Origin: a virus
Lineage: Duplodnaviria > Caudoviricetes
Length of the DNA: 56,988 nt
Reading direction: 5' to 3' (one strand)
IMG/VR virus record: IMGVR_UViG_3300018080_000023
Coordinates: 1 to 56,988 of that record
The notes under the pieces are model-generated. The model was not told the DNA's origin and made no database searches. It worked only from the letters and a program-made list of their open reading frames with translations. Below, piece by piece: positions 25,018 to 37,600 of the stretch. A program made the translations under genes and the position numbers. The first letter of the stretch is position 1. The number at the start of each line of letters is the position of its first letter.

Positions 25018-26862
25018 ATGGCTGACTTAACACCAACGGGACAAGTCCAAATGCTGGACTACTCTGCTCAAGAGGAGAAGGATCTCCAAGAGTGGATAGC
25101 TGACATCCGTAAGAACGCCGCTGATCTTGCCGCCCAGAAGAAAACCAAGCAGGAAGATGCCGAAAGGTTGCGTGCGGCCAAGGAGCGCCATCAGAGGGTA
25201 ACGGAAGGCAGAAGGCGTAAGGTCAAGATTAAAGAGACAGACTTCGACGGCGGCCAGACAATCAACAACATCAAAGTCAAGACTGATCAGGACGTCCAGT
25301 TCACAGGTGGCCAGACCTCAGGGTTGGAAGACATTCCGGTCACTATGAATGATATCAACAGTGTCATGCGCCAGATCATGGACCTCAGGATGATGATCGA
25401 GGAGTTGGAGCTCGAGTCGGACACCATACCGGAAGGATACGAGGATGCTGGAATAGGATATTCTACAGAGGATGAATGCCTCAGCAGTGATGCTGTACCG
25501 GACGCTGACATCGAATCCCCCACAAGCTACACAATAACGACCCGGTCTTCGAATGAAGACGAACTGATCCTCTATGGCATCGATGCTGATATTCTGATGG
25601 GAGGGGCAGATGTTGGCTGGATTGATCTTAATGCGACAGGCTATGGGATTCCACTGTATTACAAGCCTGATAATACGCTTTATTGGACAGGCCTAGATAC
25701 GCACTTCCCGGCCTCTGGAGATCCTGAAGAGTCACAGCAAAGCCTAGACCTAGACCCAGTCACTTCTCTGATGCAGATCCATAATATGAGCGCGGCGGAC
25801 GCCGACACTACGCTGTACGGAACTTCAGTCTGCTATCGGGATGATGTTAATGGGGAGATTTTTTTCGGGCAACTGTCTATCCCAGCCAACCCGACTTATG
25901 ATGATGACAGCATCAACGCAGATGGGGCTGGGGCTTGGCAGATACACAACTGGGATACAGGAACTCCAACAGGAACTATATTAAGTACTGACCAGTTGAT
26001 ATTCAGGAGAAGCGCCACAGCGTTATATTATGGCACGATAAATGATTTAACCGATTACATACATGGATGGCTCTATGAGGATGGCAGTCCTCTTGCTTCA
26101 GGAACCTACTGGGGATTAGGGCAGAGTTATGATATTGAGGGAAACGGATGCTGGGGGTCGAGCATAGGGCGGGGCTCCGAGTTCCCGGTGGGCGGTAATC
26201 AGGCTATAGATTTAGATGGCTCTATCCTGTACGACAACCTGAACAACCCTACCAATGACCAATCAATCAACTGGAACACTCGTACAGCTTACGACAAACT
26301 GGCCAATGGTGGCGCGGAAGTATTTAAATGGGACACAGCAGACTGGTATATTGACTTTGGTGATGACGAATGGAAACCCGCAACAGGTATGCAGATCAAC
26401 GCTACCGTAGTTGCTGGCGATGGTGTAGGCGCATTGCGCGTTCCCAATGGCGGTGCGTATCTGGCAGAGGGGCTGTATTCTGTTAAAGGTGGCGCAGATC
26501 AGGCTGGTTATTTTGTTAGCCCCACTTTCCAAGCATCGCTCTGCATCGAGGAAGAAATTGACACAAATGCCGCTGGCTACTTTACAGATGGGACAACAAT
26601 GGCACGAATTGTCGATGGTCAAGAAGCGGCCTATTTTGTGGATTCAACTGGCAATGTCGTCTATATTGGAAATGATAGTTATGCAATAGAAACTGTAGGA
26701 GATGTTTATTTCGGTGGAGATGTTCTTGTTGATGGAACTGCAGATTATATTCACGACGGCTACCGAGGCGCAACAAAAACAGACACGCTTCTTCGCATAC
26801 CCTGTGCTGACGGTAGCACTTGGGAAGGATATATCAGGGGAGGGATACTAACAACAACATGA
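25018..26862 (+). CDS. tail-associated structural protein
   Basis: N-terminal coiled coil followed by acidic beta-rich repeats (AGYF/AAYF); tail-module position. Confidence 0.6.
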   Translation: MADLTPTGQVQMLDYSAQEEKDLQEWIADIRKNAADLAAQKKTKQEDAERLRAAKERHQRVTEGRRRKVKIKETDFDGGQTINNIKVKTDQDVQFTGGQTSGLEDIPVTMNDINSVMRQIMDLRMMIEELELESDTIPEGYEDAGIGYSTEDECLSSDAVPDADIESPTSYTITTRSSNEDELILYGIDADILMGGADVGWIDLNATGYGIPLYYKPDNTLYWTGLDTHFPASGDPEESQQSLDLDPVTSLMQIHNMSAADADTTLYGTSVCYRDDVNGEIFFGQLSIPANPTYDDDSINADGAGAWQIHNWDTGTPTGTILSTDQLIFRRSATALYYGTINDLTDYIHGWLYEDGSPLASGTYWGLGQSYDIEGNGCWGSSIGRGSEFPVGGNQAIDLDGSILYDNLNNPTNDQSINWNTRTAYDKLANGGAEVFKWDTADWYIDFGDDEWKPATGMQINATVVAGDGVGALRVPNGGAYLAEGLYSVKGGADQAGYFVSPTFQASLCIEEEIDTNAAGYFTDGTTMARIVDGQEAAYFVDSTGNVVYIGNDSYAIETVGDVYFGGDVLVDGTADYIHDGYRGATKTDTLLRIPCADGSTWEGYIRGGILTTT

Positions 26863-29165
26863 AAAAGTTACTCTACACGATCTTGATTCTCACAGCCTGT
26901 ATCGTAAGTGCGGCAGATTACTATCCGCTGATGTATGATGCTGACAGCACCACGACGGTTTACTCGACATCAGGCGGAGCTTCCAATATTCCATCTGGCG
27001 CTTTCAGCGCATCCGAGACTGATCCGATAGCCTCGGCTTTGCTTCCAAGTTATATGCCCCTCGCAGGCGGTACATTCACAGGCGCAGTCTATACCACAAA
27101 AGACATGATAGACAGCCCACCTGCATCCAAAGAGTTTGCCACAGCCGAGTGGGTAAGAAGCCTATCGCTTGGCGGAACAGAATGGTATTTCACTACCAAT
27201 GTGACAAGTGGATTCGGAGAGAAGACTGCTAATTTTGTTGCGTTAGATAGTGTTGCCCCGACTAATATTTTTACCAATATAATCACAGCACCACTAACAG
27301 ATGATACATATTATGCAGGTGGAATAACCACACAGCTATATAGCGAGCTTCGTTCTCCTATTAGTTTTGTGATGTACTTATCAGTAGATACGGGGGGTTC
27401 TGTTCCAGTTAAGCCAGAGATTTATTATGTGTACGAGGGTTCTACCAATCAGCTTGGTGACTACGATGTGGGGTATCAAACAGTGACGGAGAACACCCCA
27501 ACGCTATACACCTTTGTTGTTCCGTTTGTTCAGCCTACAATTACAGGTGATGTGCATGTCGTTGCGTATTTGAAAACAGGAACAATAGGCTCACCGAATA
27601 CCAAGGATCTATATATCTATGGTGGTACTCCTTACGCCTCACACGTGGATGTTGAGGGCGCACCATGTGGTGAAACTGCGGCAGAGGTTCAGGCTAATCT
27701 TGATGTGCATACAGGATTAACGGGTACAAATGTACATGGACTCGGCACGATGAGTACCGAGACTGCTACTGATTACTACGCGGTGGCAGGTGATACGCTT
27801 GAGGGAACGATGGATACAGGCAATAACTGGATTTCCGGCGATGGTGACGCAGAGGGTATTCAGATAGATGATGCAGGCGGTATTGATTTTGGAAATCCCA
27901 ACGTCACATTCGTTCCTGTAGGATCTTCTCTTTCAACGTATGTTAGTGCGGCTTCTAGCGGAGACACCCTGATCTTAGGGGCTGGCTCTTACAGTGTCGG
28001 GTCGGGAATATCGGTTGGTAAAAATCTTACTATCATTGGACAGGGCAGAGAAACAACAACAGTTACTGGCACGGGGCAATACACTTTCCAAGCAGAGGCT
28101 AATTATACGCTGGCGCTGAGAAGCCTAAAGTGTGAAAACACAAACACTGGCGACAGTCGTGTGCTTGTTGGATTAAATTACTCTTTCCTGAAATGCGAAA
28201 ATGTGGATCTACTTAAAGACACAAGAGGTTCAGCCATAACAAGTACCCAGTTTGGTATCTATACAGTGTACCACGGCGCGGTAGACCTGCGGAATTGCAA
28301 TATTGATGTCCACACTTCAGGCGGTCAGGTCGCCTATGGTGTTGTTAACTATACCGATATAAACGGCGATGCCCGAGAGTCAACCAACTATCTTTATGAT
28401 TGCAACATCATAGTAACGGATACCAATACTGCTTCGGCTTCCACTGCTATCTTGAGAGCCTATAATGCTTACGACAACGGATCTTCAAATGCCATAAACG
28501 TGTACGCCTATAACTCCACCTTCATAGCAAGAGCCGCAGGAACAAACCAGTGTTGGGGTGTTGAGGTTGGAGTAGGCACAGCAACTGTTGCCGCAAAGGG
28601 AACTTTCTATAATTGTTATGCGGAGGCGATTAGCGATCAAGGCCTTCAGTGGGACTATGCAGGTTATGGTGGGGACATGACCCTCTATGGTTGCACAGCA
28701 TACGATATGACAAAGGCACAGCTAGGTAACGGCACAACTTATATGAATGGAGTTCAAGCCGCTGAGAGGATGCAACTTCAAAGCAGAGACTCCCATCCAT
28801 CCTCTTGGTCAGAAGGCGGCCAGATATATTGTGTGTCCAACGAGGTCTATGTGATGGACGCAAGCGGCACACCCACCGTTATTTCCCCACATCCAGATTG
28901 GGCAGGCGGAAAGGGCATCATCATGATTGAAGCTAACATCTATGAGGATGAGCTAACATATGTCACAAAAGAGGATCTAGTCGCTGTGATGACAGGAACC
29001 AAGCAACCAAATCCGAGTTTGCTGAAACGTATATCAACACCAGCTAACATGCGAAGAAACTGGGCTAAAGATCACCCGACTCCACCGCCAGTTCCGCAAC
29101 GACCGGAAATATCGATACCACCACAAGCAGACCCGCCCCCATTTCGGGATGAAGAAGAGGAATAA
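26859..29165 (+). CDS. tail spike/fibre with a pectin-lyase-like beta-helix and an N-terminal signal peptide
   Basis: ATGA overlap fixes the start at MKKLLYTILILTACIVSA; YMPLAGGT fibre motif; AASSGDTLILGAGSY...KNLTIIGQG beta-helix cap. Confidence 0.75.
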   Translation: MKKLLYTILILTACIVSAADYYPLMYDADSTTTVYSTSGGASNIPSGAFSASETDPIASALLPSYMPLAGGTFTGAVYTTKDMIDSPPASKEFATAEWVRSLSLGGTEWYFTTNVTSGFGEKTANFVALDSVAPTNIFTNIITAPLTDDTYYAGGITTQLYSELRSPISFVMYLSVDTGGSVPVKPEIYYVYEGSTNQLGDYDVGYQTVTENTPTLYTFVVPFVQPTITGDVHVVAYLKTGTIGSPNTKDLYIYGGTPYASHVDVEGAPCGETAAEVQANLDVHTGLTGTNVHGLGTMSTETATDYYAVAGDTLEGTMDTGNNWISGDGDAEGIQIDDAGGIDFGNPNVTFVPVGSSLSTYVSAASSGDTLILGAGSYSVGSGISVGKNLTIIGQGRETTTVTGTGQYTFQAEANYTLALRSLKCENTNTGDSRVLVGLNYSFLKCENVDLLKDTRGSAITSTQFGIYTVYHGAVDLRNCNIDVHTSGGQVAYGVVNYTDINGDARESTNYLYDCNIIVTDTNTASASTAILRAYNAYDNGSSNAINVYAYNSTFIARAAGTNQCWGVEVGVGTATVAAKGTFYNCYAEAISDQGLQWDYAGYGGDMTLYGCTAYDMTKAQLGNGTTYMNGVQAAERMQLQSRDSHPSSWSEGGQIYCVSNEVYVMDASGTPTVISPHPDWAGGKGIIMIEANIYEDELTYVTKEDLVAVMTGTKQPNPSLLKRISTPANMRRNWAKDHPTPPPVPQRPEISIPPQADPPPFRDEEEE

Positions 29166-29210
29166 TACAAACAGGATTTATACAAGTGATTAACAGAAAG
29201 GAGCCACAAC

Positions 29211-29453
29211 ATGGCTAGGACAAAGAAGAGTAGAGCAACAGGAACAAAGAGCAAGGGTGATCAGGTAGACGAGGCAGTAAAGCAGGCAATGGAACCCGTG
29301 AGCGTAACTATGGCAAAGGCAGAATGGTTAGGGCTCATGAGGTTGTGTCAGAAGTTTGATCCATATGGACTTACATACGGCAAACACGCCCAGACTATCA
29401 TGAAAGCTATTCAGGGAAATCAGCCTGCACAGCCCCCAAAAAAGGGAGCATAG
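29211..29453 (+). CDS. hypothetical protein
   Basis: AAAGGAG RBS. Confidence 0.65.
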   Translation: MARTKKSRATGTKSKGDQVDEAVKQAMEPVSVTMAKAEWLGLMRLCQKFDPYGLTYGKHAQTIMKAIQGNQPAQPPKKGA

Positions 29454-29517
29454 GTGCAGTTTCTTCTTGCCATGCAATGACAGCACGGTAGAGAAGTCTA
29501 TATTAGGGAGATGAAGT

Positions 29518-31674
29518 ATGGCCAAGTCTAAAGAGACAGACTACGAAACGCTAAAAACAGAACAGAATAGTCAAAACCAAAACGACGCTCCCTCTCAGTT
29601 TACGCAACAGGCCGCGCCGGATGAGGAAGGTAGCCCTCAGGATACATATCAAGAGGAGCCCGTTCGCCGGGAGTCGGGCGTTAAGCCTGCGCCTTACATC
29701 AATGACAATCCCTCTCCTGTCTCGGGCTATAGTGATACGGGAGCTCCAATCGTTGGTGATCCTTATGCGCCTGCAGGACCCGACTACGGAAGTGGGGGCG
29801 GTCCCATTATGCCGGATGTATGGCAACAGGGCGAGCCGCCCCAAAAGAAAAAGGCCGACATCCCTGCGCCTCGTAGGGAATACACGGAAGAAGAGCTTGC
29901 TAATATGCCAGATCACGGCGCAAGCCTTCAGGCGCAGAATGAGCCCGATCCCAACTATGTTCCTCCGGGCATGGAGGAGGATAGATACGGCAAGATCGTT
30001 TATAGCGCCAAAGATCAAAATGGCAATCCGAACCCTTACGCTGGCATGACTGTCGAGGGTAGGAATTGGATGCAAAGACAGGAGGGCACTAAAGAGGGCC
30101 GGGCGAAGAGGGATCGATATGAGCAGGAGCAGGGCTTTACTCCGCAACAGATCATGGCAAGTCGTAGGATCAGGCAGGGCAGGCAGACACCAGAAGGTCA
30201 GGTGAGTCTTGCGGGAACCCGCGCAGGTGCAGACGTCATCGAAGAACGCGGCATTCAGCAGACTATGATGGATCGGCCCGGATACGTGGCAGACAAAGGT
30301 GGTCATAGGTGGCAACGTGGTTCAGGCCAACCGGAAACAGATTACCAGAAGCAGGCCAAGCAGATGTGGAGTATGGCGGCTTGGGCAAGGAGAGCGGATC
30401 TTCAGTCGCTTGGAAACATTCCTCAAGGCCAGAACGCCTTAGAAGCTTATGATAAGAAGTTCCAAGAGCTGGTTAATAGCATGGGTGCCGGAGCCAATGA
30501 GTTGCAAGAAGAGATCCGCCGAGACTACTTTAGGCTTATGCCGCCCAACGTGAGGCAAGACTACGAAGCCAAGCTGGACGAACAGAAGTTTCAGAAGGAA
30601 CTGGATAGAGAGAAGAAAATGGTAGAGGCCCGTGAGATGTCCAAGATTCTGGGGCAAAGCCGAGGCATGTCTTCTAAAGAGGTTCTCAAGAATAAGCAAG
30701 AGGCAGAGCGTGCTGAATATGAGAGAGGAATAGCAAATGCTCCATTTAAGGTAGCGCAAGAAGAGGCCGAGAAAGCCGCACGCAGGGCATGGCAGACCGA
30801 TCCCCAAACTATTGAAGAGCGCAAGGCCGCGAACAGGGTTGAGGCTGACATCGAGCTCGAGAAGGAAGAGTACAAGAAGGACGAGGAAGCCAAGCGTGAA
30901 ATTGATCGCATCAGGAAAAACGCGAAGAGTAAGTCGGAAGCAGAGGCAGAGGTGTCCAAGTACAAGATGGAGCAGGAAGAGAAACTTCTCCCGCAGAAAT
31001 CCAGAATCATGATTCTAGATGAAGTCATGAAGCGTTGGGTAGAAGATAAACTTGGGCCCGACAAGCAGGAAACGGCCAAGGCGTACAGGACAAGATTTGA
31101 GGATATGCGTAGGGTTTATGAGGATTCTCGAGATAGGTACAACAAAATGATCGAGGAGAACGCTAAGGCGCGGAATGAAGACAAAGATCCTATACACGAT
31201 GCCTCTGCGATCAGAGCCGCTCAGTCCGTAAGAGATAAGTCGATTAGCCAGATGAATAAGTATGCTCAGGAATATGACACACTGACAGAAGGCGTAGAGG
31301 TCCCGGAGACTGCCGCAAAGCAAGAGCCGCTAATGCAGAGCCCGGAACAGCAGAAGGCCATGGATAAGTACGAGAAGATGATGAAGAAGGACAAGTCAAC
31401 AGAGGAGCTGGATAAGCAATGGACCAGTATGGGCAAGCCACTTGAGGACGCACCTCACAGGACTCTAAAATGGAGCCCCCCTGTCATCACCCCGGTACAG
31501 CAGGATAAGGACGGCAGAACGTCCTTTACGCCTCAGGAGCAAGAAATCATAGCACAGAGCGTGCTAGGCAGACTCAAGAACGGAGACATCACAAAGTCGG
31601 ACGCTATAGCAGAGCTCAGGAGATACGGAATAGACGCCGCGCCATCCAGACAGAATCAGCAACCTAAACAGTAA
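29518..31674 (+). CDS. probable internal virion (ejection) protein
   Basis: 718 aa; Pro/acidic N-terminus plus a long E/K/Q coiled coil; precedes the giant protein as in podovirus ejectosome loci. Confidence 0.55.
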   Translation: MAKSKETDYETLKTEQNSQNQNDAPSQFTQQAAPDEEGSPQDTYQEEPVRRESGVKPAPYINDNPSPVSGYSDTGAPIVGDPYAPAGPDYGSGGGPIMPDVWQQGEPPQKKKADIPAPRREYTEEELANMPDHGASLQAQNEPDPNYVPPGMEEDRYGKIVYSAKDQNGNPNPYAGMTVEGRNWMQRQEGTKEGRAKRDRYEQEQGFTPQQIMASRRIRQGRQTPEGQVSLAGTRAGADVIEERGIQQTMMDRPGYVADKGGHRWQRGSGQPETDYQKQAKQMWSMAAWARRADLQSLGNIPQGQNALEAYDKKFQELVNSMGAGANELQEEIRRDYFRLMPPNVRQDYEAKLDEQKFQKELDREKKMVEAREMSKILGQSRGMSSKEVLKNKQEAERAEYERGIANAPFKVAQEEAEKAARRAWQTDPQTIEERKAANRVEADIELEKEEYKKDEEAKREIDRIRKNAKSKSEAEAEVSKYKMEQEEKLLPQKSRIMILDEVMKRWVEDKLGPDKQETAKAYRTRFEDMRRVYEDSRDRYNKMIEENAKARNEDKDPIHDASAIRAAQSVRDKSISQMNKYAQEYDTLTEGVEVPETAAKQEPLMQSPEQQKAMDKYEKMMKKDKSTEELDKQWTSMGKPLEDAPHRTLKWSPPVITPVQQDKDGRTSFTPQEQEIIAQSVLGRLKNGDITKSDAIAELRRYGIDAAPSRQNQQPKQ

Positions 31675-31685
31675 AGAGCAGAGAT

Positions 31686-34600
31686 ATGTCATTAGAAGAA
31701 ACTCTAGCAGAGATACAGTCACTTCCAGACGTACCCAGCGGTCAGCCGCGTGCACCCGAAACCCCGTCCACACCCCGCGACATAACACCTATGCCGACGT
31801 CACGGCCAGTAAGCGGAGGCGAGCCTACGCCATTGCCGCCACCGCCAGAGCCCATACAAGAGCCTGCCGTTACGCCTGAGCCTGCAATACCCGATCAAGA
31901 GATGCCAGAACCCGGTCCTGTAAGTGGCGGATTACAAAGCACTTTGGAGGAGATTTATTCTTCACCAGATGAGGAAAGCCGGAGTGTTCCCCGTGGAACA
32001 GATCAGGATATCCCCGAGGCTACAGCGCCAGAGTCATTGAAGGCACCAGCGCCGGGAGCTCCCGAGAAGCCTGAGTCCAAGTATGGTGAAGGTGTTGGGG
32101 TTGCTCCAGCGTCTGACTATCCCGTGCTTCGTCCAAGATATAAAAATACACCTGAGGAGCAGGGTGGTATATCTGCTGTTGATACTCAGCCGGGCGCAAG
32201 GGGTGGCCAAAAAGAACAGGAACGAATGGGCTTGATGGAGAGCTTGAGTAGATCGGTAACCGGAGAGCCATTTGGTGAGCCCGGAGCAAATGCATTTCAG
32301 GGCACATTAGCCTACCTGTCTCCAGCGGCAAGAATGAAAAAGCGTAATGAGCTGGCCGAAGCTTACGGGAGACTGAACGCTGGATTAAGGAAAGGTGTTA
32401 CGCCGCCTGTGGATGAGCCGGGCGTAAGTAAACTGGAAAGATATAAGGCTGGAGTCTCAAATCTTACAGACAATGATATTTCACTGAGGGTTTACGGGCG
32501 TCCCGTTGGCACTGATATGGAGTTCAATCGTGATCAGGCTATCTATCAGATGATGGAGATGGATAAGGCAAAGATTGAAGAGCTCACATATTTCGAGCGA
32601 GAGGCCCAGCAGAGAGGTCAGGCATGGTACACAAAGGGAATTATAGGCGCTCTAGATATGGTTCCGTACATGCTCAGGATGTCAGTAGGCCCGGCAGGCG
32701 TGGTTATGGAGGCACTGACTCAGCAACAGGAGCGACTGGCTGGCGAAGGTTATATTGATAGGGAAGGCAACTACATTCCAACCGATTCTGGCGCTGGCGA
32801 TTTTGAGGCAATAGCAAAGTCGGCGCTGAGTTCTGTGGGCGAATATATCATTGAGAAGAACCTTGGCAAGTTTCTGGGCAAGACTATAAAAACTAGGTAT
32901 AGGTGGCTACGTCGGTACAGGCCTGAGAAGTACGCCAAGACTTTTGGGAAGATTGAAAAGGTCGGCGCCGATATGGCCGGAACTAAGGGCGGCAAGTTTG
33001 TTTCGGAGGTAGCGAAGCGAGTCAAGAAGATGCCCATCACCAAGGCCACTCAGCAGGCCAGTAGTGTAGTGGGCCTTAACTCGATGGCAGAAGAGATACT
33101 TTTAGAGGAGGGCGTTCAGGCAATATATGACGCAGTCTTTAACTTAAACAATCAAACAGACAAGTATGGCGACCCGCTCGACATGCACGAGAGATTGACT
33201 CAATCCATGTCAAACTTCGTCACCGCGATACCACAAATGCTGATATCATTTGGACTCTTTGGTGTGGGCCGGACATCATATAATTACAAAGCGACTCAAG
33301 AACAGCGCGAGTTCCTTCGAGATACTGGCGTTCCTGAGGGAGAGATACAAGATATCCAGAGCACAAAGAACGATAAGGCCAGAACCCGGAAGTTGATCAA
33401 GTCACTTCGAGAGGCTGAGATCAGGAACACTAAGCTAAACCAAGAGGCCGCGCTTGTGCCTATGGGCGAGACAGGCGAAGAGCAGGTCCTGCAGAAGATG
33501 AAAGAAGGGAAAGAAACTACTTCACAGCAGGCCGAAAAAACTGATACTATCCCAACTGAATCAAAGGAGGCGCAGGATGCCACAGTTACTGAAGACGGAA
33601 AAAGAGAGGCGAGAAGCCCTGAGAGAGCTGAGGGGGCAGATACAGGAGGACGGCGAGGAGAAGGACCGCCTGAGCGTATGGGAAGATCCACAGACAGGGA
33701 TCAGGTACTTCTACAGCACTCCCGAAGAATTGAGCAACTTAAGGGCAAAAGCTACAAGGGGCAGGTAAATCCTTACGAGACTGCCGAGGTTTCCGAGGAC
33801 CTCCTTGATAATCCCGACTGGGAAGATATATCCCAAAGAGCAGAGAAGCTTGGGTATACGGCGATCCCAGTAAAGAACTCCGGTATGCGCGGGTGGAACG
33901 ATCCTTCAGCTCGGGTTATCGCAATTGAAGAATCCCAACTCGGAAGCGAGGATATGCTGGCTCCGCTTCACCGGGTACTATTTCATGAACTATTCCATGA
34001 CGCCGTTATGGCTGGAGATACTGCCGCCAAAGCCCTAATGGATTCTGTCGATTATGAGTCCGAGGTATTTAAGGCGTTTAAGGAAATCTATCTCTCCAAG
34101 CGCATGGATGAAGCCAGCCGGAAAAAACTCGAAGACAAGGGTGAGAAGAAGGTCAATGAGTACGTGGCTGAGGAGTTTTTAGCTGAGCACCTTGAGGGCA
34201 AGCTGGATCTCGAGGCTGAAGACGGCGTCTACCTCAATATGATTGACGGCTACAAGGACGTCGCGACATTTAAGCGTTATGCTAAAGAGTTGGTAGGCGT
34301 TCAGGAATTCAGGACACCAAGATCCGAGACTGAGGCACCCAAGACGGAAGCAGGAGCGGCTCAGGTCGGGGAGCCTAAGTTTGCGAGGGGTGAGGAGAAG
34401 CGGGCGGAAGTAACCCCAGCATCAGAGAAGGCTAGAGTAAGGGCCGAATTAGACGCACTGGCGCAGAGGAACTTCCCATTCAAGGCTCAGACCTCAATCG
34501 GTGAGCATCTCTCGGTTCTTGGGCCTGCTGGCAGGTTCTCTCCATACAAAGAAGACGCCGCCGCCAAAGGCGCAAAAGAAGACCCTAATCAACTGATGGT

Positions 34601-37600
34601 AGAGGATGCTGACGGGAAGAGGTCTATCAGGCTGGGCACGCAATTATATGAGGATGGCAAGCCCTTAATCACTCGCTCACAGTTCCGAGGCAAGCCGTTT
34701 GAGTTGCCAAGATTCGCCCGTCCCACAGCCCAAGACGCCGAGTACCTTGAGTTGGCCAAAGATCCCAAGAAGAACAAGGCCAAGCTACAGGCTATGGTAG
34801 ATGAGGCCGCGAAGAAGGCTGGGTATACTATCAAAGCCTTTCACGGAACCGACGAAAAGTTTACTACCTTCAAGAAGGGACGGCAGTCTGCACGAGGAAT
34901 TTTGTTCTCTTCTATTCCTGTTGAAACGCAAGGCTTTTTCTTTGCCACCGAACGTGGCGATGCCGAAGAGTTTGGAAAGTATATAGTGCCTTCTGTCTTG
35001 AGGATGGAGAACCCCTTGGTAGATCCCGAAAGGGATAAGGCTCTTGCCGTCGATAAATTCGATTCGGATAAAGAAGAAGAGATAGCCTATATACTTACCC
35101 CTATGTTTGAGAAGAAAGGAGATGACTGGATTGCTCCTGTTGATCTAGGGATTAGAGAGGTTTACGCCGAAGAGCAGGATCTAGCAAACGAGCCAGACGC
35201 TTACAGTCAAGAGAATCGTGGCGAAGTAGGTTATTCGACAGAATGGATATACGAGTTCATGTCTCCCGAAGGCATGGCTTGGGATGTTCTTGATAATCCC
35301 GAGGTTGTTCGCAGGATGGAGGAATTGGGTTATGATGGGACCTATGTTGAGGAATCATTCGGATCATCTATTTTTGTTCCTGACTCTAACCAAATAAAAT
35401 CAGCAGACCCCGTAACCTACGACGATCAGGGCAACGTGATCCCGCTGTCGAAACGGTTCGACAAGAGGCAGGATGACATCCGGTATGCGCTGGCGGGGAT
35501 TGAGGGCGGCATAAATCCGAAGGCTTACGTCGAGGCAAGACAGATGGAGGATGCCGGAGAGACTCGACTGGCAATCTGGCAGAAGACAGGACTGTGGAAA
35601 TCCGAACAGGACGGCAAGTGGCGCATGGAAATCAACCCGGACGAGATGTTAGTCAAGAGTAACCCCATCGAGGCAAAGACTCTTGGCGACATGATTGCAT
35701 ACGCCGCCTTCTTTGAGGCTTACCCACTGGCCCGCGACATCGAGGTCAGGTATTCGCCGAATGCCAGATTCTTCGGGCAGTATCTCCCCGGGGACATTGA
35801 CTTCACTCCAGATGGTCCCAAGTGGGGCAGGCAGAAAGGCAGAATCAGCTATGGCCCCAATGCAGACATTGCCGACTCTACAGCCCACGAGCTTGCACAC
35901 TTCGTCCAGCAGGTTGAAGGATACGGCAAAGGTGGCACCCTTAAGACGGCGCAGATAGTTGACAGGACAGATAGAGACAAGCAGGTAACAAATCTCCTAA
36001 AGTTAGAAAGAAAAGACGTTAGAGATGAACTTAAGAAAATGGATCTTCCGGCATGGCTTAAAAAGGTCTATAGGATAGATGTTGTACCCGAGGGGAGATA
36101 CGGCTCTGCCATGAATATCTCTCTGTCATTTACACCCATACACGGCGATGATCGCTTAATGAATCGCAACCTGCTGAAGACTATTAAATCAGAACTGCGA
36201 AAACAAAATCTACTCCGTCTGCCCCAGCCAATCAAAAGTACATTCAGCATGGAGGATTTCGATGAGAGAGCCAATGAAGCTAAGTATTATCCTACGCTGA
36301 CGTCATATGATCAGGCTATCAATATGCGGATCGAGGGATGGCAACGTATCTTGGGCGGAGATGCTGTTGACAAGCTTCTAAAGGAAGAGACTTATGAGAT
36401 TGCCCCAAAGAACTCAGTGTTAAGGGATACCCAGAGAGAAGTCTATAGGCTTGAAAGGCTTCAGCGAATCTATCGTAGGGAGCGCAAGTTTAAGGGATAC
36501 CAGATCCTGCCCGGTGAGGCTGAGGCACGCATGATGCAAGAGCGTTCCCGTATGAGTGAGGAAGAGCGCAGGGAAGGGCCGCCGTGGGAAACCATGGAGA
36601 ATATGTTGCGGTCGGAAGGAATTGTCGGTCCTCAGCAAACAATGGACGATGTCAATATCCGCTATGCCCTCTCCCAGCAGGACGGTCCGGCACCAGTCTC
36701 CGAAAAGCAGGTAGATCCTCCAGAGATATTCCGCTCTCCAATGTACGACACTTTCAAAAAGAAACTTCCCGGCTCAGTCAACGGACCGCAACTGGTCAGC
36801 CTAATTGAAACTTGGACCCAGAAGGGTGATTTGAAAAAAGAAGAGGTAATGGACACAGGCATCCTTGACTGGGCTAGGGAGCTCGACTCTAAGACATCGA
36901 AGGACGACGTGCTGGCCGAGGTGGAGCAGAGGACTGTGCCGCTGGGTGAGGTTGTGAAGGGTGAGGTTGTGGAGGGTGCCCCCGGCAAGGATATTACATG
37001 GCTGAGTAAAGACGGTGCTGGCCGTGTCTGGCTAAAGAGCGCAGATGGAGAGTTGCTAGGCCATATCATATTTGATGATGACTCTTATCAATGGTACGCA
37101 TTTAACAGAGAGGGTGAAGAGCTGCATAGTGCTGGTGATAGAGATGGAGCTAAAGAGGTATTACTGCAATATCTTGGTGTTGAGTTGGGTCGCACCAAAT
37201 ACTCCGAATACCAGCTTCCGGGCGGCGAGAACTATAAGGAGATGCTGATCACAGTGCCTGCTGGGGCAGACAATGCGCCTATGTTCTCCGAGTGGTGGAA
37301 GACGTCTGGGATTGAAGACAGGATGAAGGCACTTGCCGAGTATCAGAAGCAGTTCCCGCCAAAGGATAAGACTCAGTATAAATCCTCCCACTGGGACGAG
37401 CCCAACGTAGTAGTCCATGTAAGATTCAATGAGCGCATGGTCGATGGCAAGAAGGTACTATTCCTCGAGGAAATTCAGTCAGATTGGAATCAGGACGGAA
37501 GGAAGAAGGGGTATAAAGAACGGGCCCGAGTCAAAGAGCCGGATCAGTATACCATTGAAGTTGAGAAGCGTAATGGGAAGTGGTGGGCAAGGTACCCAGA

